Under the pieces are notes generated by a model that was not told where the DNA came from, did no database searches, and was given only the letters and a program-made list of their open reading frames with translations. A stretch of DNA of 38,528 nt from a virus (taxonomy: Duplodnaviria; Caudoviricetes): positions 1-38,528 of IMG/VR virus record IMGVR_UViG_3300032163_000049; one strand, given 5' to 3'. The position numbers were made by a program, and so were the translations under genes. Of this stretch, positions 33,563 to 38,528 are shown one piece after another. How positions within the stretch are numbered: position 1 is the stretch's first letter; each line of letters starts with the position of its first letter.

Positions 33563-34995
33563 GTCTAGCTTTCCAAGACACTAACGGCCTCTCATTGGAG
33601 GCTCTTCGCCTTGACGAAGTGCAGCCGACATACCGAATCTTCCGACTCAAGAACACAGCATCCTCAAACGCTGAGAACGTCAAGGTTCGCTTAGAAGAAG
33701 TCGGCCACGCAATCGCAGACGCTTCGCAACTAGCGCAGCGAGCCGTCATTCAGATGGACTACACTCGCCAGAGCAGCGGAGCTCCTGAGCAGCAGTTTCT
33801 CGGCGCCGGGCCGATCTCAGTCATGACGGAGGATCCTGAAGAGCTCGAAGCTGTTCTTATGACAGGCTGGCTTCAACTGAGCGCAGACACTTTCCGATGG
33901 GGCAGCCTTCTCGAGATCGGAATGTTGGAGCCAGATGAGTTTGTGGATCTCTACGGGAGATATCAGAAGCCGACCTATGTTTCAGAGCAAACTTTCCAAT
34001 TCTCAATTCGCAACGTTGGAACCGACACACTTGAAAGCGTAGTCCTCACACGGCAGGCCTCCGACACTCTCAGCTTTGACGGTTTGGCCTTCTCGAATTC
34101 TATCAGCCTTGGAGACTTGGCTCCGGGCGCAATCAAGACTGTATGGATCCAAACCTCAAGCATCGCTCCGCGAGCCGTCAACGGCAAGATCGAAGCTCTC
34201 TTAGGAACCGTCTCGAGCGGAAGCATCCGTTTCGATGTCGCGGGAGGCCGAGCCTACTGTACAATCCATCAGATTCGCCAATATCTCCAGACGATTGATG
34301 TCGATGTGATCACGACAGACGAGGAAGTTCTCGATCTAATCTACCGCTCCGCGAATGAGATGGACCGAGCGACAAGGCGAAGATTCGACACCGTGACTGT
34401 AACCGAACTCTATGATGGCGTCGGCCAACAGAAGCTCGTCCTAGACAACTATCCCATCGTGAGCATTCAAGAAGTCAAAATTCGAAACCCAGACAATCAA
34501 GTTGTGACGGACATTAAGAGCACTGACGCCAATTTTGTAAGCGAACTCATCATAGACGCCCAGAACGGTTTCATCACGTTACCCTCAGCAGGGATTCCGA
34601 TGTTAGCCTCGCAGCTTGGAGCTTTAGGTTGGTATCCGCCCATCTATGCGTATCAGCCTTTCCCAGCCGCGGGCGTACCCTTCGATTACACAACCCACTT
34701 CGGCCGTGGCATAGCGAACATTGAAGTCACCTACAGCTACGGCTTCGCAATTCCGCCAAGTGGAATTCGAGACGCCTGCATGAAGATGGTTGTCATTGAA
34801 CTGCTCAAGAAGAAAGGCGCATCGGACACGCAGGGAGCCACAACGATCGGGGTTGCGGGGATGACTGAAACTTTCGCAACACGTGGAGGAGCAAGCGGCG
34901 GAGCAGGACCATTCGGACATGTCATTGACGAGCTCCAGCAAGATATCGATGCCACACTCGAACTATTCAGGAAACGGAGATGGGGAGTCGTATGA
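33559..34995 (+). CDS. Head-tail adaptor (gp6/gp15-like) with N-terminal Ig-like domains
   Basis: C-half AYCTIHQIRQYL...MDRATRRRF...ELYDG...YPIVSI...IEVTYSYGF..PPSGIRDAC. Confidence 0.8.
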   Translation: MSLAFQDTNGLSLEALRLDEVQPTYRIFRLKNTASSNAENVKVRLEEVGHAIADASQLAQRAVIQMDYTRQSSGAPEQQFLGAGPISVMTEDPEELEAVLMTGWLQLSADTFRWGSLLEIGMLEPDEFVDLYGRYQKPTYVSEQTFQFSIRNVGTDTLESVVLTRQASDTLSFDGLAFSNSISLGDLAPGAIKTVWIQTSSIAPRAVNGKIEALLGTVSSGSIRFDVAGGRAYCTIHQIRQYLQTIDVDVITTDEEVLDLIYRSANEMDRATRRRFDTVTVTELYDGVGQQKLVLDNYPIVSIQEVKIRNPDNQVVTDIKSTDANFVSELIIDAQNGFITLPSAGIPMLASQLGALGWYPPIYAYQPFPAAGVPFDYTTHFGRGIANIEVTYSYGFAIPPSGIRDACMKMVVIELLKKKGASDTQGATTIGVAGMTETFATRGGASGGAGPFGHVIDELQQDIDATLELFRKRRWGVV

Positions 34996-35459
34996 GCAGC
35001 CAATTCCTTCAGCCTGATATGGCGAGCCAATTCTACTCAGCCATAGCGAGCGATTCAAAGATCAAGGATATGAGCGTCAGAATCGATCTCGTTCTCGACC
35101 GGAAAGTGATTGCGACAACGAAAGCGGGCGGGATCGGAAACAAGTACGTGGCAGTCACGAAAACGCGCTGCGGACCGTTCCAATGGAATTGCGGCGGAAT
35201 TGCAGGGCAAGGCCGAGAAAACATCAAGATCGACATCATAGCGCGAGCAGTTGAAGGAAACGAGAACTGTCGAGAGCTCTGTCAGCAGATCAAGGATCGC
35301 ATCAAGACGCTGCTCTTCGATGCTGAATTTCTCGGGACAGGCTGGCTCTTCCACAAGATTGTCCAGGACGGATTTCCGAGTGCGCCTCTGAAGTCAATGG
35401 CGTACTGTTCCCTAGTCTACGAGGCTATGGTGAGTGAAGGTCACACGAAGATTGTGTGA
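34992..35459 (+). CDS. Putative tail terminator/neck protein
   Basis: Position and size; IKIDIIAR...ELCQQIKDRIKTLL. Confidence 0.55.
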   Translation: MSSQFLQPDMASQFYSAIASDSKIKDMSVRIDLVLDRKVIATTKAGGIGNKYVAVTKTRCGPFQWNCGGIAGQGRENIKIDIIARAVEGNENCRELCQQIKDRIKTLLFDAEFLGTGWLFHKIVQDGFPSAPLKSMAYCSLVYEAMVSEGHTKIV

Positions 35460-35480
35460 AAGAGAGGAGGATGGAAGAAA

Positions 35481-35636
35481 ATGGTGTATAGCATCAGCAT
35501 AGGCGGAGACGCCTCAGAGCAGGAAGAGAAAGAGATTCTGGAAGCTATCAGAGCTTTCGTCAAGAAATATCGAAAGAACGTTGCAGGAGCCGTATGGAGC
35601 GGCACAACGACAGGCAAAGTCCAACTCGCGGAGTAG
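35481..35636 (+). CDS. Small hypothetical protein (51 aa)
   Basis: MVYSISIGGDASEQEEKEILEAIRAFVKKY...; GGAGG upstream. Confidence 0.55.
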   Translation: MVYSISIGGDASEQEEKEILEAIRAFVKKYRKNVAGAVWSGTTTGKVQLAE

Positions 35637-35647
35637 TGAGATAAGGA

Positions 35648-36058
35648 ATGGTCGGAGAAGCAGGAACAGAATTCGTAGCCAAACATGCGCTTCTCTCAGT
35701 GAACGGCGTCATCATGGCAGCCGCGAAGAACTGGAGAATCCGTCATGGACTGAAAACCCATGAAGAGCCTGTATGCGGTACAGACATTCCTCGAGTCCTA
35801 CACGGAGTCTTTCACGGAGAAACTGACTGCGAGTCAATCTATGTCTCGAACGATAATTGGGCGAGCCTAGCGTCAGGGCGAGACACACCGATAACCGTCG
35901 TCAGCACCGACAAGGACACGAGTTCGCCGCAAGGAGTCAGAACCACGACATCAAGCATCAAAGTAAACGAGTTCGAGAGACAAGGTCCAGCAAACGCAGA
36001 CGGAGTAGTCAAAGCAACACTGAAAGGCACCATGGTCACGGAACCCACAATAGCCTGA
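35648..36058 (+). CDS. Putative tail tube (major tail) protein
   Basis: 136 aa, beta-rich, upstream of the chaperone and tape measure genes. Confidence 0.6.
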   Translation: MVGEAGTEFVAKHALLSVNGVIMAAAKNWRIRHGLKTHEEPVCGTDIPRVLHGVFHGETDCESIYVSNDNWASLASGRDTPITVVSTDKDTSSPQGVRTTTSSIKVNEFERQGPANADGVVKATLKGTMVTEPTIA

Positions 36059-36068
36059 GATCACGAAT

Positions 36069-36521
36069 TTGTCTATCTCAATCGAGGTCACAGGCCTAGA
36101 TGAGGCCGCTGAGTATTTCCGAGCAGCAGCAGAAGCGCTCGTTCAAACAGTCTCAGTACGCCTACAGGCTGTCTGCCAAGAAGTCGCTGACTATGCTAGA
36201 CAGATCGCTCCACGAAGAACAGGCCAATACGCGGCCTCAATCACGGTCGAACAAGAGGCACCGCTCAGATTCGCGATTAGAGCAGGAGATTCCAAAGCTG
36301 CGATAATTGAGTATGGCAGCATGCCGCACTTCATTTTCCCGCGAACCGCCAAGGTCCTAAGATTCGAAGTGGACGGCGACATTGTCTTCGCGAAATGGGT
36401 GCATCATCCTGGAACTCCGCCTTTCATGGTCATTCACACCGCCAAGAAAGACAACCTAAGCAAGATCATGGAAGCGATTCGTGATGGAGTTAGAGAAGCG
36501 CTCGCGCAAGGAGGGAGATAG
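36069..36521 (+). CDS. HK97 gp10-like tail completion protein
   Basis: APRRTGQYAASI...IIEYGSMPH...LRFEVDG...VHHPGT. Confidence 0.85.
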   Translation: MSISIEVTGLDEAAEYFRAAAEALVQTVSVRLQAVCQEVADYARQIAPRRTGQYAASITVEQEAPLRFAIRAGDSKAAIIEYGSMPHFIFPRTAKVLRFEVDGDIVFAKWVHHPGTPPFMVIHTAKKDNLSKIMEAIRDGVREALAQGGR

Positions 36522-36522
36522 A

Positions 36523-37108
36523 ATGAGCGAAACAGACAAACTCTTCAAGGCGATGGAAATCGATGAGAAGCAAAAGGAAGAGATCAAGGCGAAGCTGCTC
36601 GTAGCACGCGATAGGCCGCTCCAAATCAGAATCCTCAGACCAGGCATGGACGACGTCGTGATTCCCAGCCGCAGACTGAGAGGAACAGAACTCAATGAGA
36701 TGACGCGGGAGTTCAACAAGATAAATCCGAAACTGACGACACCGAATGAACTTGAAAGCGTAACTCTCACGCCGGATGAGAATCAAACAGCCTACGAAGT
36801 TATGGATCGGTACATCGCGCTTGCGACAGGGGTCGAGCAGGAATGGTTGACAAGGGAGTTAGACGATGTCCGAATCCGAAGAGCGCTCTTGACGGGAATA
36901 ATTGACGGCAGCGCATTGAATCCTGGAGATAAGGATATTCTCAGCAAATTTCATCCTCGATCCTGAAGGCTATCAGCTAGGAGAAATCTGCGAGCTTCTA
37001 GGTCGAGCTCCAAGCGAACTAGCCGACGCTCTCATGATGCCTGACATTGATTTCCTCAATGTCTACCTGAACGAACGAAACAAACGCATATCGAAAATGT
37101 TTGGTTGA
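36523..37108 (+). CDS. Tail assembly chaperone (36523-36966) with frameshift extension (36950-37108)
   Basis: Precedes the tape measure gene; the +1 frame after AAA TTT C encodes FILDPEGYQLGEICELLGRAPSELADAL... Confidence 0.75.
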
Positions 37109-37128
37109 ATCTAGTGGAGGGATGAGTC

Positions 37129-37830
37129 TTAGCTGAGGCGCCGGAAGAAGTTCTGGTAAATATTGAGGCCGCTGATAATGCGACGCCTAGTTTGACAAGT
37201 GTTGGTCGAAGCTTCAGTGTGCTAGGTTCAACGCTGGGCATAGTCACGCGAGATCTTGGGATTCATAACGCAGCGCTCGACGCAGTGATTCGAGGCATTC
37301 AAATTCTCGGCGCAGCCGTGCGAGCGGCTGGGGCTGTTCAACGATTACTAGGGTTCGCAACGCAATTCCTGACTGCCTCACAGGTTGAAAGTACGGCCGC
37401 AACTACGGCTGATACAGCGTCGAAGGTTGCCAATGCAACTGTGACAGGCACCGTCGCAGCGTCGACGGGGGCGGCGGTTGCAACGGAGACAACCTACACA
37501 GTATCGACTGGAGCCGCTACAGTAGCAACATGGAGCTGGACAGCAGCCCTTGCCGCATTGAGAACTGCACTTCTTGCTATCGGACCCGTAGGCTGGGCTA
37601 TGATAGGGCTGGGCGTTCTAGGTGCTGGCGTTGGAGGCTATGCGCTCGCAGGCGGCTTCGCTCCTCGACCAGCCGCAGGAATGCCCGCTCTCGGTGGAGG
37701 CGCCTATCAGGAGCCACTTGTGAACATCAACATTCAGAATGCGAATTTCCAAACGAAGCAACAGGCTCTCGAGTCGGTTCAGCAGATGGGAACGCTCTGG
37801 TATGAGCAAATGAGGAGATATCGGCACTAA
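37129..37830 (+). CDS. Short tape measure protein, start codon unresolved
   Basis: EVLVNIEAADNATPSL N-terminus upstream of the ORF-track start; Ala/Thr/Gly-rich; IGPVGWA; C-terminal VNINIQN. Confidence 0.75.
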   Translation, partial: LAEAPEEVLVNIEAADNATPSLTSVGRSFSVLGSTLGIVTRDLGIHNAALDAVIRGIQILGAAVRAAGAVQRLLGFATQFLTASQVESTAATTADTASKVANATVTGTVAASTGAAVATETTYTVSTGAATVATWSWTAALAALRTALLAIGPVGWAMIGLGVLGAGVGGYALAGGFAPRPAAGMPALGGGAYQEPLVNINIQNANFQTKQQALESVQQMGTLWYEQMRRYRH

Positions 37831-38276
37831 TGGGAACGGTCTATTTCTACCTCTACGATCTTGAAGCGGGCGGCTCAACTCTCACCATGTCGTTCACAGA
37901 GACGGGGGCAGAGCCGCAAGGTTCAGTTCCAGATGAGGTAGGAAAAGACTACAGACGAGCAATCGTGCGGCATCCGATTCCAGGCCTTGACAGAGACATC
38001 GGCCAAGATATGGGCGCTTACTCGAGAGAATACGTGGTCGGCGGCCTCTGCAAGCAGGACGTCAGAACTGGATTAGAGGCTAAATTCTTGGCGGCTCAGA
38101 TCACGGCAAGCAACCCTGGCGGTCGATACAGGATCAAGTCGGTCAGCGCTGACGGCTCAACCATCCTGGACCAATCAGGCGTCGTACTCGATTCCTACTC
38201 TTGGCGCTATGTCGCAGGCAGACCGAACTGGTTCACATACTCTCTCAGGTTCGTGGAGTTTCAGGGTCAGACTTGA
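37830..38276 (+). CDS. Distal tail / tube-initiator protein (GpU / DNA-circularisation N-terminal-like)
   Basis: RRAIVRHPIPGLDRDIGQDMG...REYVVGG...YSLRFVE. Confidence 0.7.
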   Translation: MGTVYFYLYDLEAGGSTLTMSFTETGAEPQGSVPDEVGKDYRRAIVRHPIPGLDRDIGQDMGAYSREYVVGGLCKQDVRTGLEAKFLAAQITASNPGGRYRIKSVSADGSTILDQSGVVLDSYSWRYVAGRPNWFTYSLRFVEFQGQT

Positions 38277-38528
38277 CCAGATACAAGCCGACCTTCAGCC
38301 TCATGTCTGGGGCCAATGATCTGTCAGGCGATTTGATCAGAGCTGAGATCGAAGCTGCCATAACAAACCTAGTGCCCGCCTTCACGATCGACATAGACAA
38401 TCGATTCGACAAATGGGATGCGCTCCTTTGGAACGACCCGATCACGCTCTCAATTGATGGCCAGGGTGTCCTACGAGGCCGCTTAGACATTCCTGACCGC
38501 TCGCTCGAAAAGAAGCAGGGCAGGATCC
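38273..38528 (+). CDS. Baseplate hub (gp27/GpD-like), partial
   Basis: TTGA-coupled; MTRYKPTF...PAFTIDIDNR...DPITLSIDGQGVLRGRLD. Confidence 0.6.
   Translation, partial: MTRYKPTFSLMSGANDLSGDLIRAEIEAAITNLVPAFTIDIDNRFDKWDALLWNDPITLSIDGQGVLRGRLDIPDRSLEKKQGRI

Larger units (their letters stand above)
1..38528 (+). mobile_element. Archaeal tailed virus/provirus (Caudoviricetes, HK97-fold head, non-contractile tail inferred), partial
   Basis: Ordered TerL-portal-MuF-prohead protease-MCP-adaptor-tail tube-chaperone-tape measure-hub module; archaeal-type genes (Hjc, RHH, Cren7-like). Ends and integrase are not in the window. Confidence 0.93.

Noticed and set aside
209-38490. Numerous antisense or alternate-frame ORFs in the track overlapping assigned genes
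   Set aside because: No motifs, and fully overlapped by better-supported co-directional genes.
1-38528. tRNA, att sites, integrase, tail sheath, DNA polymerase
   Set aside because: None recognised by eye; they may lie outside the window.

Overview
The window reads as most of an archaeal tailed virus or provirus (Caudoviricetes; no tail sheath gene is seen, so siphovirus-like). An archaeal, probably TACK-type, host is inferred from Hjc-like resolvases, many ribbon-helix-helix (RHH) regulators, a Cren7-like protein, TATA-type promoters and frequent TTG/CTG starts. Layout: (1) 1-5491, a divergent three-RHH switch and early genes (Hjc, HerA-like ATPase, candidate origin). (2) 5561-10999, a mostly minus-strand accessory island: Zn-finger, ParB, CTPase-less ParB, proteasome-beta-like Ntn protein, frameshifted PAPS reductase, frameshifted EVE-remnant/PD-(D/E)xK nuclease and membrane proteins. 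(3) 11133-15672, a putative lysis/membrane module with a trypsin-like protease carrying a holin-like tail. (4) 15684-30612, packaging and head genes: TerS candidate, TerL, small Zn-finger ORFs, a 1513-aa portal fused to a Dam-type methyltransferase, MuF, protease-scaffold and major capsid protein. (5) 30668-38528, a surface-glycoprotein moron, then neck and tail genes. The most unusual features are the portal-methyltransferase polyprotein, a separate small gene carrying a conserved copy of a 36-aa portal segment, the ParB/ParB/proteasome-like operon, and structured-RNA candidates around the portal and MuF genes. All product calls come from motif recognition by eye; no database search was run. 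No tRNA, rRNA, CRISPR array, integrase or att site was recognised.
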